Assembly: GCA_951406725.2 (NCBI GenBank)
Contig: OX597841.1
Location: forward strand, 26,350,001 to 26,414,000
DNA: 64,000 nucleotides
Source of the DNA: Octopus vulgaris
Taxonomy: Eukaryota
Reading direction: 5' to 3'
Under the pieces are notes generated by a model that had not been told where the DNA came from, ran no database searches, and was given only the letters and a program-made list of their open reading frames with translations. Positions 27,521 through 41,493 of the stretch are shown piece by piece. Position 1 is the stretch's first letter, and each line of letters starts with the position of its first letter. Made by a program: the position numbers and the translations under genes.

Positions 27521-27908
27521 TAGTGAAGCGTGTTCTAGTCCCTCAAAACCCAATTGGTTAATGGTTTCAACGGTCTGGGCGCCCCTGTGTGTGGGCGTGC
27601 ATTGTCATGCAACAACAAAAGCTTCTTTGACAATAGGCTTATGCGTTTGGTACCGATTGCTGGCTTCAGTTTGTTGTATCTAGCACAGTTGATCGTACAC
27701 CCCTTTTCCAGAGAAATCGGATCACTGCCCTTTGTTCTTCTTTGGTGCGCATTGCTAGTGAAGCAATCATGCAGTGAAGCAACCACTGTAAAGCTAGATA
27801 GAATAATGGCGCGATTACGCTCAAACTTCAATCACGTGACCACTATAGTACCAACTAGCTATAAGCACGCATGCGCAGAAGGCAGTGCGACAATAATAGA
27901 TATGTTAT

Positions 27909-28230
27909 GGCGGCGAGCTGGCAGAAACGTCAGCACGCCGGGCGAAATGCTTAGCCGTATTTCGTCTGCCGTTACGTTCTGAGTTCAAATTCCGCCGAGG
28001 TCGACTTTGCCTTTCATTCTTTCGTGGTCGATAAATTAAGTACCAGTCACGCACTGGGGTCGATACAATCGACTTAATACCTATATCTGTCCTTGTTTGT
28101 CCCCTCTGTGTTTAGCCCCTTGTGGGTAGAAAAGAAATAGGTATTTCGTCTGCCGTTACGTTCTGAGTTCAAATTCCGCCGAGGTCGACTTTGCCTTTCA
28201 TTCTTTCGTGGTCGATAAATTAAGTACCAG
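27909..28230 (+). mobile_element. SINE family C 1.5-mer
   Basis: Monomer joined by AAGAAATA|GGTATTTCG at ~28140 to a second partial unit. Confidence 0.88.
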
Positions 28231-28269
28231 TCGATAAATTAAGAACCATTTCCAGAGGTCTCTAAATAT

Positions 28270-29245
28270 TCGTTTCTACTCTAGGCGCAAGGCTCGAAAT
28301 TATCGAGGAGTAGGCCAGTCGATTATATCGACTCCAGTGCGTAACTGGTACTTAATTTATCGACCCCGAAAGGATGAAAGGCAAAGTCGAACTCGGCGGA
28401 ATTTGAACTCGGAACGTGAAGACAGACGAAATACTTATTTCTTTACTACCCACAAGAGGCTAAACAGAGAGGGGACAAACAAGGACAGACAAACGGATTA
28501 AGTCGATTACATCGACCCCAGTGCGTAACTGGTACTTATTTAATCGACCCTGAAAGGATGAAAGGCAAAGTCGAACTCGGCGGAATTTGAACTCGGAACG
28601 TGAAGACAGACGAAATACCTATTTCTTTACTACCCACAAGAGGCTAAACACAGAGGGGACAAACAAGGACAGACAAACGGATTAAGTCGATTACATCGAC
28701 CCCAGTGCGTAACTGGTACTTATTTAATCGACCCTGAAAGGATGAAAGGCAAAGTCGAACTCGGCGGAATTTGAACTCACAACGTAGCGGCAGACGAAAT
28801 ACCTATTTCTTTACTACCCACAAGAGGCTAAACACAGAGGGGACAAACAAGGACAAATAGACGGATTAAGTCGATTATATCGACTCCAGTGTGTAACTGG
28901 TAGTTAATTTATCGACCCCGAAAGTACGAAAGGCAAAGTCGAACTCGGCGGAATTTGAACTCAGAGCGTAACGGCAGACGAAATACCTATTTCTTTACTA
29001 CCCACAAGGGACTTAACACAGAGGAGACAAACAAGGACAGACAAACAGAGTAAATCGATTGTATCGACCCCAGTGCGCAACTGGTACTTGTTTAATCGAC
29101 CCCGAAAGGATGAAAGGCAAAGTCGAACTCAGCGGAATTTGAACTCAGAACATGAAGACAGACGAAATATCTATTTCTTTACCACCCACAAGGGGCTTAA
29201 CACAGAGGGGACAAACAAGGACAGACAAACGGATTAAGTCGATTA
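28270..29245 (-). repeat. SINE family C multimer, about 5.3 units of 184 bp
   Basis: AAAGGCAAAG at 28377, 28561, 28745, 28929 and 29113; 3'-most unit carries the alternative tail seen at 33025. Confidence 0.92.
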
Positions 29246-29670
29246 ATAAGGCAACGAGCTGACAGAATCTTTACCATGCCAGGGATTATGCTTACAGGCT
29301 TTTCGTCCATCTGGTATTCAGCGCTCAATTTCTACCGAGCCCTACTTTCACTTTCATATTTTCGGGGTCCATAAAATAAGTACTATTTGGGCACTGTGAT
29401 TGATGTAAACGACTTGCCCTCTGTACTCTGAAATTGCTGGACTTCAAGTTTCACTTGAAAAGGAAATTGAGAGTGGAGAGGCAGGTGCTGTCTCCGAGTG
29501 AGGTTATTGAAAGGTGGGTGAAAGTTGCGAAAACGGCAGGAGTCCTTCAGTTTTTTTAAGCCCTTTAAAAAACACTCGGAAGGCTGGACCCCCAACTTGA
29601 GCCCTCGTGATACCCTTAAAGCCAGAAACTTTTCAGCACCTTTTTGTACATAGTGCAGTCATCGAGAAGA

Positions 29671-29860
29671 AAGAGTACTTGAGTCAGAAACGTGCAAGGT
29701 TCTGTGGGATTTCCCTATTCAAACAGGTAAGAAGATGGAACATAGCAAGCCAGATGTTGTAGTAATAGGAAGAAAAACTCGAATTTGTTAATTGATTGAT
29801 CCATCATGTTTGTTTGATACTAGGATTGTATAGAAAGTAGATGAAGAGCTTTAAAAAAAA
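29671..29860 (+). pseudogene. R4/Dong-clade LINE restriction-like endonuclease fragment
   Basis: RVLESETCKVLWDFPIQTGKKMEHSKPDVVVI...LIDPSCLFDTRI with in-frame stops; next to (AAT)n. Confidence 0.8.
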
Positions 29861-29952
29861 TGTAGTATTGAGCAAATATTCTGCACAATGCTACAGATTA
29901 TTTGATAATAATAATAATGATGATGATGATAATAATAATAATAATCATAATA

Positions 29953-30508
29953 ATGCCCTGATGCAGTACCAGGCAGTAGCTCTCGTGGCTTCTGATCTTA
30001 ACTGATTAGAAGTTTTATCATGTACACTGTTTTGTCTTGGTATAAAAGATGGCCTACAGCAAATATGCTGCTCAAAATCACAGATTTACTTGTCAGTTGT
30101 TTGACCGTAACCAGTTGAGCATGTCCCTTAGTAGCTGACGATATGTGCATCTCTGGTCACAATTAGAAGTAGTGGGGGAACATCATAGCCGTGTGTTGAA
30201 AGGAATTCTTTGAGGTTTGGATAATTCACCTTTGGAAACATCGGTGTTTCGTTCAACATCCTTAAACAACCCTTATTCAGGGACCTCTTGAGCGGGATGG
30301 GCTACTCGACCAGAAGAAAACTCTAACTGAGCCCTACCGGCAAGGTCATGTGCTGTTTATCTTGATATGAGATGACCATGTCGCGCATATATGGTTTTGA
30401 TACATGTGCCTGGTGTACCCTTATCAGACGGGTAGTCATGATGGGTATACTGGGCTTCGTATATTTTACCCCAGTGTTACTTTGATGGCATGCACTGCTC
30501 TCTCACTC

Positions 30509-30509
<1 letters not shown>
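29953..30509 (+). mobile_element. unclassified ~560-bp non-coding interspersed element embedded in (AAT)n
   Basis: Defined ends ATGCCCTGATGCAGTACC...CTCTCTCACTC; partial copies at 30621-30820 (+), 30866-30983 (-), 31283-31336 (-). Confidence 0.7.
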
Positions 30510-30596
<87 letters not shown>

Positions 30597-30820
30597 ATAT
30601 TAATAATAGTAATAATAATAACCTGAAGAAATTTCTAACTGGACCCCACCTGCAAGGTCATGTACTGTTTCCCTTGATATGAGATCACCATGTTGCGCAC
30701 ATATGGTTGTGATGCATGTGCTTGGTGTACCCTTCTCAGATGGTTAGTCATGAATGGTATACTGGGCTTCGTATATTTTACCCCAGTGTCACTTTGATGG
30801 CATGCACTGCTCTCTCACTC

Positions 30821-30864
<44 letters not shown>

Positions 30865-30981
30865 GCAGAATATTTGCTGTAGTCCATCTTTTATACCAAG
30901 ACAAAACAATGTACATGATAACATTTCCAATCAGTTAAGATCAGAAACCACGAGAGCCACTGCCTGGTACTGCATCAGGGC

Positions 30982-31035
<54 letters not shown>

Positions 31036-31103
31036 CATTATTATTATTATTATCATTATTATTATTATCCTTATTATTATTATTATCATTATTATTATTA
31101 TTA

Positions 31104-31137
<34 letters not shown>

Positions 31138-31797
31138 CATTATTATTATTATCATTATTATTATTATTATCATTATTATTATTATCATTATTATTATTAT
31201 TATCATTATTATTATTATTATTATCATTATTATCATTATCATTATTATCATTATTATTATTACTATTATTATTAATGATAATATCAGTTAAGATGAGAAG
31301 CCACGAGAGCCACTGCCTGGTCCTGAACCAGGGCATGTAATGACAACGATGACGACGACGAGCGCAATAACAACAATAACAAAATGGATCTTATTATTGA
31401 TAGACAACCGAAGGAGGGCGAGAGAAAAATCAGACATTTTGAAAAAGAAAATACTCGCCGAGACGTCGAGGCAAAAAAACAGATAAAGAGTAACACAAAG
31501 CACATCACTATTGATATCATCATCATCATCATGAACATGAGCAAGAAAAGGAGAGGTAGGTGGAGGAGTGGTTGAATGAGAGAGGGGCACGCACTCACTC
31601 ACTCACCACACCACACCATACCATCCGTGCCCACCCACAAATAGAAAACCAACAACTAACTGACACGTTGACAATCCCACACAAATATATCTCACTGACA
31701 TTGATGGATTTGGTTACACAAACATTATATATATGTATATATGTATATATAAATATAAATATGTGTGTATATGTTTATGACTATATACATATATGTA

Positions 31798-31852
<55 letters not shown>

Positions 31853-31896
31853 ATATATATATATATATATATATAAATATGTGTGTATATGTTTAT

Positions 31897-31946
<50 letters not shown>

Positions 31947-31956
31947 ATATGTTTAT

Positions 31957-31994
<38 letters not shown>

Positions 31995-32135
31995 ATATGT
32001 TTATGACTATATACATATATATCTACATATATGCATGCATATATATATATATATATATGCATATTTATAAACGTATATATATACATACATATATATACAT
32101 TCACATACAAATCTTTATAGATATACATGTGTGTG

Positions 32136-32173
<38 letters not shown>

Positions 32174-32179
32174 CATATG

Positions 32180-32398
32180 GCACTTCGGGGCCCCACATTG
32201 GATTTTGTTGTGAAAATATGTGCAATGAATTGGCTTTACTACAATACAAAATATTTTAACACCCTTTTTCTACAATTCTTAATTATAATTAATTATAAAA
32301 ATTTGATGGAGTTTTTTTAAACATTAAATTGCCGTAGGTATGGTCATGTTAAATATGTATCAAAGGGGTTCATGGGTTAAAACCAGTTGAGAAACACT
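32180..32398. mobile_element. hAT (Charlie-like) terminal fragment
   Basis: Ends AGGGGTTCATGGGTTAAAACCAGTTGAGAAACACTG, a typical hAT terminus. Confidence 0.5.
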
Positions 32399-32666
32399 GG
32401 TCTACAAGAAGGCCACCCCAACGTAAGATCTGCAGCTTGATGGTCACTGCACCTGTCTTAGCCTGCAAAGCCAGTGGTCAGACCTCGAAGGTTAAAGCGT
32501 AGGATTGAACTCCGTGGACTGGCTCCCAATTTAAAACTACGTAGCACTAGCAGAAAGAAAAGCCATACGCCGTCAAGGGTAGATATTTGGACTCCGAACT
32601 AAAAGCCGGAAGAAATATCGCTAATTATTTTTTCCGGCGTGATGACGATTCTGCCAGCACGCTGCC

Positions 32667-32716
<50 letters not shown>

Positions 32717-32981
32717 AATAATGATAATAATAATGATAATGATAATAATAATGATAATGATAATGATAATAATAATGATAATGATAATGATGATAATAAT
32801 AATAATGATAATAATAATAATGATAATAATAATGATAGTAATAACAATAATGATAATAAAACTATTACAATAATAATAATAATAATAATAATGATATTAA
32901 TAATAATAACAACAACAACAATAATAATAATACTACAATAATGATCATGATAATAATAATGATGACAACAACAACAATAAC

Positions 32982-33014
<33 letters not shown>

Positions 33015-33021
33015 TGTAATA

Positions 33022-33235
33022 ATCCTTTCTGTTATAGTCACAAGGTTTGAAATATTGGGAGAGAGAACTAGTCGATTATATCGACCCCAGTATTTCACTG
33101 GTACTTAATTTATCGACCCCGAAAAGATGAAATGCAAAGTCTACCTTAGCGGAATTTGAATTCAGATCATAAGAACGGACGAAATGCCTCTAAGTAGTTT
33201 GCCCGGCGCGCTAACGTTTCCGCCAACTCGCTGCC

Positions 33236-33275
<40 letters not shown>

Positions 33276-33540
33276 TAATAATAATAATGATAATGATAAT
33301 AATAATAACTGTAATGATCCTTTCTGTTATAGTCACAAGGCTTGAAATATTGGGAGAGAGGACTAGTCGATTACATCGACCCCAGTATTTTACTGGTACT
33401 TAATTTAACGACCCGAAAAGTTTGCAAAGTCGACCTCAGCGGAATTTGAATTCAGAACGTAAGAACGAACGAAACGCCTCTAAGTAGTTTGTCCGGCGTG
33501 CTAACGGTTCCGCCAACTCGCTGCCTTAATAATAATAATA

Positions 33541-33571
<31 letters not shown>

Positions 33572-33830
33572 TGATAATAATAATAATAATAATGATAATA
33601 ATAATAATGATAATAATAATAACAATAATAATAATTTCTGCTAAAGGCACAACGTTTAGAATTTTGAGGGAGAGTTCTAGTCAATACTCAGCTGGTACTC
33701 AATTTATCGATCACGAAAGGATCAAAGGCAAAATCGACCTCGGCGGAATTTAAACCCAGAACGTAAAGACGGACGAAATGCCGCTAAGCATTTCGTCCGC
33801 TATGCTAACGATTCTACCTGTTTGCCGCTT
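33022..33830 (-). mobile_element. three diverged SINE family C variants (alternative tail) interleaved with (AAT)n
   Basis: 33022-33236 and 33318-33526 form a local duplication; third copy at 33637-33830. Confidence 0.8.
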
Positions 33831-34068
33831 TTATAATAACAATAATAATAATAATAATATGCCTGCGTTCATATGCTGACAGGCACACACACAGACACGC
33901 AAACATTCGTGTGTGTGTGTGCGTGTGTTTCTGTGTATGCATATGTGTGTGGGTGTGTTTGTGCGTGTGTTTATGTCTGTGTATATACGTGTTAGGTGTA
34001 TGTGTGTGTTCGTGTGTGTACATGTGTGGTTTGTGTGTGTGTGTTTCTGCGTATGTGGTGTGTGTGTG

Positions 34069-34144
<76 letters not shown>

Positions 34145-34309
34145 TGCATGTATTTGTATATTTGTTATTTTAATCTTGGGAGGGTAGCAAAACCCAGATC
34201 ATGAAAAAGAAGGAACGAGAAATAAAGAAAGAAAAAGCGTGACACAGCGAGAGAGATTAACGGCGGCACCTCTTCACTGCCGCAGTGCCCCCTAAAAAAA
34301 GCTAAAATC

Positions 34310-34351
34310 CAAAATAACAACAACTTCTACAATAATAATAAAACTACTACA

Positions 34352-34389
<38 letters not shown>

Positions 34390-34765
34390 TAATAATAACA
34401 ATAGTAATAATAAAACTACTACAAAAATAATAATATTGACAATGATAATAATAATAATAATAAAACTACTACAATATTAATAATAATAATATTGACAATG
34501 ATAATAATAATAATAAAACTACTACAATAATAATGATAATAATGATAATAATAATGATAATAATAATGACAATAATAATAATAATAAGACTACTACAATA
34601 ATAATAATGATAATACTGATGATGATGATAATAATAATAATAATAATAATAATATTGACAATGATAATAATAATAATAAAACTACTACAATATTAAAAAT
34701 AATAATATTGACAATAATAATAATAATAATAAAACTACTACAATAATAATAATGATAATACTGAC

Positions 34766-34808
<43 letters not shown>

Positions 34809-34866
34809 TTGACAATAATAATAATAATAATAAAACTACTACAATAATAATAATGATAATACTGAC

Positions 34867-34921
<55 letters not shown>

Positions 34922-34926
34922 TTGAC

Positions 34927-34958
<32 letters not shown>

Positions 34959-35163
34959 TAGTAATAATAAATTTACTACAATGATAATAATAATATTGAC
35001 AATGATAATAATAATAATAATAAAACTACTACAATAATAATAATGATAATAATAATGATAATAATAATGATAATAAAACTACTACAATAATAATAATAAT
35101 AATAATAATAATGATAATAATAATAATAATAAAACTACTACAATAATAATAATGATAATACTG

Positions 35164-35218
<55 letters not shown>

Positions 35219-35289
35219 TAGTAATACTAAATTTACTACAATAATAATAATAATATTGACAATGATAATAAGAATAATAAAACTACTAC

Positions 35290-35330
<41 letters not shown>

Positions 35331-35531
35331 TAGTAATACTAAATTTACTACAATAATAATAATAATATTGACAATGATAATAAGAATAATAAAACTACTA
35401 CAATAATAATAATAATAATAATAATGATAATAATAATGATAATAAAACTACTACAATAATAATAATAATAATAATAATGATAATAATAATAATAATAAAA
35501 CTACTACAATAATAATAATGAGAATATTGAC

Positions 35532-35565
<34 letters not shown>

Positions 35566-35596
35566 CTACTACAATATTAATAATAATAATATTGAC

Positions 35597-35651
<55 letters not shown>

Positions 35652-35720
35652 CTACTACAATAATAATAATGATAACAACAACAACAACAACAACAACGAT
35701 GATGATGATGATGATGATGA
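34310..35720. repeat. (AAT)n compound repeat with recurrent AAAACTACTAC and ATTGAC motifs
   Basis: Seen directly. Confidence 0.95.
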
Positions 35721-36519
35721 TAATCACCAGGGTGATCGATGAGAGGGACAATACAAAGACAGCATAAAGTGTAGGGGTTTTATATATAATGAAATGATAA
35801 AAAAAAAAGTTTAATAGTGTATATGTAAAAACTTGAAGTGGCTGCTGGGGGGTTGCCGTTGTGGTGAAGATAGGAAAGGAGGGAGGGAGGGGGGGCGGAA
35901 AGGTCCTGTCACTTCCGTACAATACATAATAAAGCGAGTTCCATATCAGCTCAAATACGATATCACGCATGCGCGGGATGGGGGGTGATGTGCTTCAGTG
36001 TTGGGTTTGGTGTGTGATGCTGCTCCGATCCCTACCCCCCACCTCGCCATTCGTGACTAACCCTTTCATACGCTGCTACCCTAAGAAAGTGTTAGGGTTT
36101 GGGTGGCGGGAAGACCAGCTATCATTCCGTTGATATAGATAACTATTACGCATATATATATACATATACACATTTACATAGAAATACACACTCACACACA
36201 CATACACACACACACACACACACACATACATACACACACACACACACATACATACACACTCATACACACACATACAAGTATACATAGAGAAAAGAGAAAG
36301 GTGATTGGGAAGAGTAAGACAATATAATGAGGAATAAAATATAGTGAATGAAGAATAATGAATAATGAAGAAGAATAAAGAGTAATGAATAACACACACA
36401 TACACACGACCTTTCTTTTTCTTATTTTATTTTGGCTTTCAAACACACACACACACACGTGCATATATATATTCAAGTACACACACGGAGAAGAATTAAG
36501 AGGTGATAGAGAAGAGGAA

Positions 36520-36597
36520 GAAAAAATAATGAAGAATAAAGTATTCTGCATAAAGAATAATGATTATTGAAAAGGAATAAAGAATATGGAAGAATAA

Positions 36598-36648
<51 letters not shown>

Positions 36649-38590
36649 CAGATGAGGAATGAGCAATAATTATGAATGATGAAGTACAATAATGAATATG
36701 AGGGTGAAAAAATAATGAATAATATGGTATTCTGATTAAAGAATAATGATTAATGAAAAAGAATAAAGAATATGGAAGAATAATGAATAATAATAATAAT
36801 GGAGATGAGGAATGAAGAATAATTATGAATGATGAAGTACAATAATGAATAAGAGGGAGAAAAATAATGAATAATATGGTATTCTGATTAAAGAATAATG
36901 ATTAATGAAAAAGAATAAAGAATATGGAAGAATAATGAATAATAATAATAATGCAGATGAGGAATGAACAATAATTATGAATGATGAAATACAATAATGA
37001 ATAAGAGGGAGAAAAAAATAATGAATAATATGGTATTCTGATTAAAGAATAATGATTAATGAAAAAGAATAAAGAATATGGAAGAATAATGAATAATAAT
37101 AATAATGCAGATGAGGAATGAACAATAATTATGAATGATGAAGTACAATAATGAATAAGAGGGAGAAAAAATAATGAATAATATGGTATTCTGAATAAAG
37201 AATAATGATTAATGAAAAAGTATAAAGACTATGGAAGAATAATGAATAATAAATAAAGCAGAAGAGGAATGAAGAATAATTATGAATGATGAAGTACAAT
37301 AATGAATAATATGGTATTCTGAATAAAGAATAATGATTAATGAAAAAGAATAAAGAATATGGAAGAATAATGAATAATAATAATAATGCAGATGAGGAAT
37401 GAACAATAATTATGAATGATGAAGTACAATAATGAATAAGAGGGAGAAAAAATAATGAATAATATGGTATTCTGATTAAAGAATAATGATTAATGAAAAA
37501 GAATAAAGAATATGGAAGAATAATGAATAATAATAATAATGCAGATGAGGAATGAACAATAATTATGAATGATGAAATACAATAATGAATAAGAGGGAGA
37601 AAAAATAATGAATAATATGGTATTCTGATTAAAGAATAATGATTAATGAAAAAGAATAAAGAATATGGAAGAATAATGAATAATAATAATAATGCAGATG
37701 AGGAATGAACAATAATTATGAATGATGAAATACAATAATGAATAAGAGGGAGAAAAAATAATGAATAATATGGTATTCTGATTAAAGAATAATGATTAAT
37801 GAAAAAGAATAAAGAATATGGAAGAATAATGAATAATAATAATAATGCAGATGAGGAATGAACAATAATTATGAATGATGAAGTACAATAATGAATAAGA
37901 GGGAGAAAAATAATGAATAATATGGTATTCTGAATAAAGAATAATGATTAATGAAAAAGTATAAAGACTATGGAAGAATAATGAATAATAAATAAAGCAG
38001 AAGAGGAATGAAGAATAATTATGAATGATGAAGTACAATAATGAATAATATGGTATTCTGAATAAAGAATAATGATTAATGAAAAAGAATAAAAAATATG
38101 GAAGAATAATGAATAATAAATAAAGCAGAAGAGGAATGAAGAATAATTATGACTGATGAAGTACAATAATGAATAAGAGGGAGAAAAAATAATGAATAAT
38201 ATGGTATTCTGAATAAAGAATAATGATTAATTAAAAAGTATAAAGAATATGGAAGAATAATGAATAATAAATAAAGCAGAAGAGGAATGAAGAATAATTA
38301 TGAATGATGAAGTACAATAATGAATAATATGGTATTCTGAATAAAGAATAATGATTAATGAAAAAGAATAAAAAATATGGAAAAATAATGAATAATAAAT
38401 AAAGCAGAAGAGGAATGAAGAATAATTATGACTGATGAAGTACAATAATGAATAAGAGGGAGAAAAAATAATGAATAATATGGTATTCTGAATAAAGAAT
38501 AATGATCAATGAAAAAGAATAAAGACTTTGGAAGAATAATGAATAATAATAATAAATTATGCAGATGAGGAATGAAAAATAATTATGAAT
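36520..38590. repeat. purine-strand-biased satellite, ~153-bp units with 128-bp variants, about 13 copies
   Basis: TATGGTATTC at 36723, 36875, 37029, 37182, 37310 and onward. Confidence 0.95.
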
Positions 38591-38595
38591 AGTCA

Positions 38596-38988
38596 TAGGA
38601 GTGGCTGTGTGGTAAGTAGCTTGCTAACGAACTACATGGTTCCGGGTTCAGTCCCACTGCATGGTACTTGGGCAAGTGTCTTCTACTGTAGCCTCGAGCC
38701 GACCAATGCCTTGTGAGTGGATTTGGTAGACGGAAACTGAAAGAAGCCCGTCATATATATGTATGTATGTGTGTATACGTTTGTGTGTCTGTATCTTTGT
38801 CTCACAACATCGCTTGACAACCGATGGTGGTGTGTTTACGTACCCGTAACTTAGCGGTTCGGCAAAAGGGGCCGATAGAATAAGTACTAGGCTTCCAAAG
38901 AATAAGTCCTGGGGTCGATTTGCTCGACTAAAAGGCGGTGCTCCAGCATGGCCGCAGTCAAATGACCGAAACAAGTAAAAGAGTAAAA
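38596..38988 (+). mobile_element. SINE family A
   Basis: Full-length match to family A. Confidence 0.9.
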
Positions 38989-38989
38989 A

Positions 38990-40450
38990 TTATGAAGTTG
39001 AATAATGACTGAAGAAGAAGAGTAATGGATACTGACGAATGAAGAAACGTAGAGATTAATGAAGAAGAGCAAGGAATAGTGCAGAATAACGAAGAAAAAA
39101 TACAAAGAAATAAAGAATAATGAAAATGAATAAAGGTGATGGAAGAATAATGAAGAAGAAGAATGAATAAGGATACAGAAAATAGAAAAATAAATGGTAT
39201 GTAAGAATAAAGAATAATGAAAATGAATAAAGGTGATGGAAGAATATTGAATAAGGATACAGAAAATAGAAGAATAAAAGGTATTTAAGAATAAGGAGTA
39301 ATGAATAATATAGAATAATGAATGATAATGGAAACTAAAGAATAATGAAGAAGAATATAGAAAATGGAGGAATAAAGAGTGTGGAAGAATAAAAGGTAAT
39401 GTTAGAATAAGGAATTATGAATAATGATTAAGAATAGGAGAGACTAATGAAGAATATGGAATAATGAATAATAAAAGAAAATTCAAAGAATAACAAAGAA
39501 GTTTAAAAATTAAGAAGTTTAAAGAAGATTAAGAAAGAATAAAGGAATATTTATTCTTTTATTCTTTATTATTCAAGAAGGAACATTCGAGAATGAGAGA
39601 AGCTGGGTACAGGGAGATAGACAGAGGGAGAAAGAGAGAAGTGGGACAGAAAGAGGAGAGAGAGAGAAAAAGAGGAAGGTACAGAGAAAGGGGGAGAGAG
39701 AAGTGGGAGAGAAAGAAGGGAGGGGGTGCAAAGAGAGAGCGATGCAGAGGGAGAGGTGGAAGAGAGAGTGAGAAAGGAGAGAAGTACAAAGAGAGATGTA
39801 GAAATAGATAGATAGATAGATAGATAGATAAATAGAGAGGTGAGGATATAGAGGGTGATGGGGTACGGAGAATGAGATAGATAAATAGATAGACTCAGAG
39901 AGAGAGAGAGAAAGAGAGAGAAGGATGTTAGAAAGCCAGGAAGAAGAAAGCAGAAGGGAGAGACGTCTGTACATGTCTTGTACGAAGGAGAGGAAGAGCA
40001 ACAAAGAAACGGAGACACAAGCAAAGACACAGTAAAGAGACAGAGAGAGATTGAGGAAGAGATGTAAGGAAGAAGGCAGGAGAGAAAAGTATACAAGTCG
40101 TGTACGAGACAGAGAGAGAGAGAGGGGTAGGAAGAGGAGGAGAAAACAGTAAAACGAAAGTAGAGAAAAAGAGTAATAAACCGGAAGTAGAATAATAGGC
40201 GTAAGAAAACGTAGGAGAAGAAGGTTAGAATATACGAGGAAGAAAGGGAAGACGAAGAAAGGAAGACATGTTTGAAAAAAATTTCTGAGAAAACTCAAGA
40301 AGAAAATCGAAAATAAGAGAGATTCTAACGTCAACAAAAGCAAAAGGCGGGAGAAAGAAAAAGAAACGAGAGAAAATTAATAAGAATAATATTGAATACA
40401 GCCACAAACATCGTTAATATTTTTATATAAGGACAGAAGGAAGAAAAAAA
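38990..40450. repeat. A/G-rich low-complexity tract
   Basis: Strong purine bias on the + strand; (GA)n, (GAA)n, (GATA)n. Confidence 0.85.
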
Positions 40451-40536
40451 TATGGCTACGAAAAAGATTTACGTAGATATTTTACGCCGACACATGCCTA
40501 CACAAACATACCTACCTACCTACATACATACATATA

Positions 40537-40666
<130 letters not shown>

Positions 40667-40677
40667 CACACACACAC

Positions 40678-40738
<61 letters not shown>

Positions 40739-40854
40739 TGCAAACACGTATATAATTGTGTGTGAGTGTGTATATATATATATGTATGTTTATAGTTTAC
40801 ATACACACGCACATTATTAGTATACAAGACCAATAAGAAGCAAGCTATGTACAG

Positions 40855-40910
<56 letters not shown>

Positions 40911-40923
40911 CTATAGCTCTATT

Positions 40924-40999
<76 letters not shown>

Positions 41000-41282
41000 T
41001 TATTAGAGAATACGAACATAAACATATATTTACATATATACATGTATTTACACACACACACGTGAATGTATGTTTATGCATGTAATATTCGTTTCATACG
41101 CCCTACTCCAAAAGTTGTTGCATTTTTTTCTTCTCTATCTGTTGTCGGCGACCTTTTTCTCTCTTTTATTTATTTTCTTGCTTTCAAACACACACACACA
41201 CTTTGGCACGTGCACGCACTTACGTCTACATGCATGCATGCATGTATGTATGTATGTATGTATGTATGTATGTACGTATGCA

Positions 41283-41332
<50 letters not shown>

Positions 41333-41378
41333 AATGTATGTATGTATGTATGTATGTATGTATGTATGTATGTATGTA

Positions 41379-41413
<35 letters not shown>

Positions 41414-41414
41414 A

Positions 41415-41493
<79 letters not shown>

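Larger units (their letters stand above)
25952..27900 (-). pseudogene. internally deleted mariner split by four SINE insertions
   Basis: TA-CGAGGAAGAGTCAAAAATTAT end; LLLHDNARPHT; HIFGPLKGGLRGRRF...RWTECIGKEGDYI. Confidence 0.8.

Noticed and set aside
30930-30983. Weak resemblance to U2 snRNA words (ATCAGTT..., CCTGGTAYTGCA)
   Set aside because: Two short matches with wrong spacing, no Sm site or branch-pairing region; belongs to the (AAT)n-embedded element
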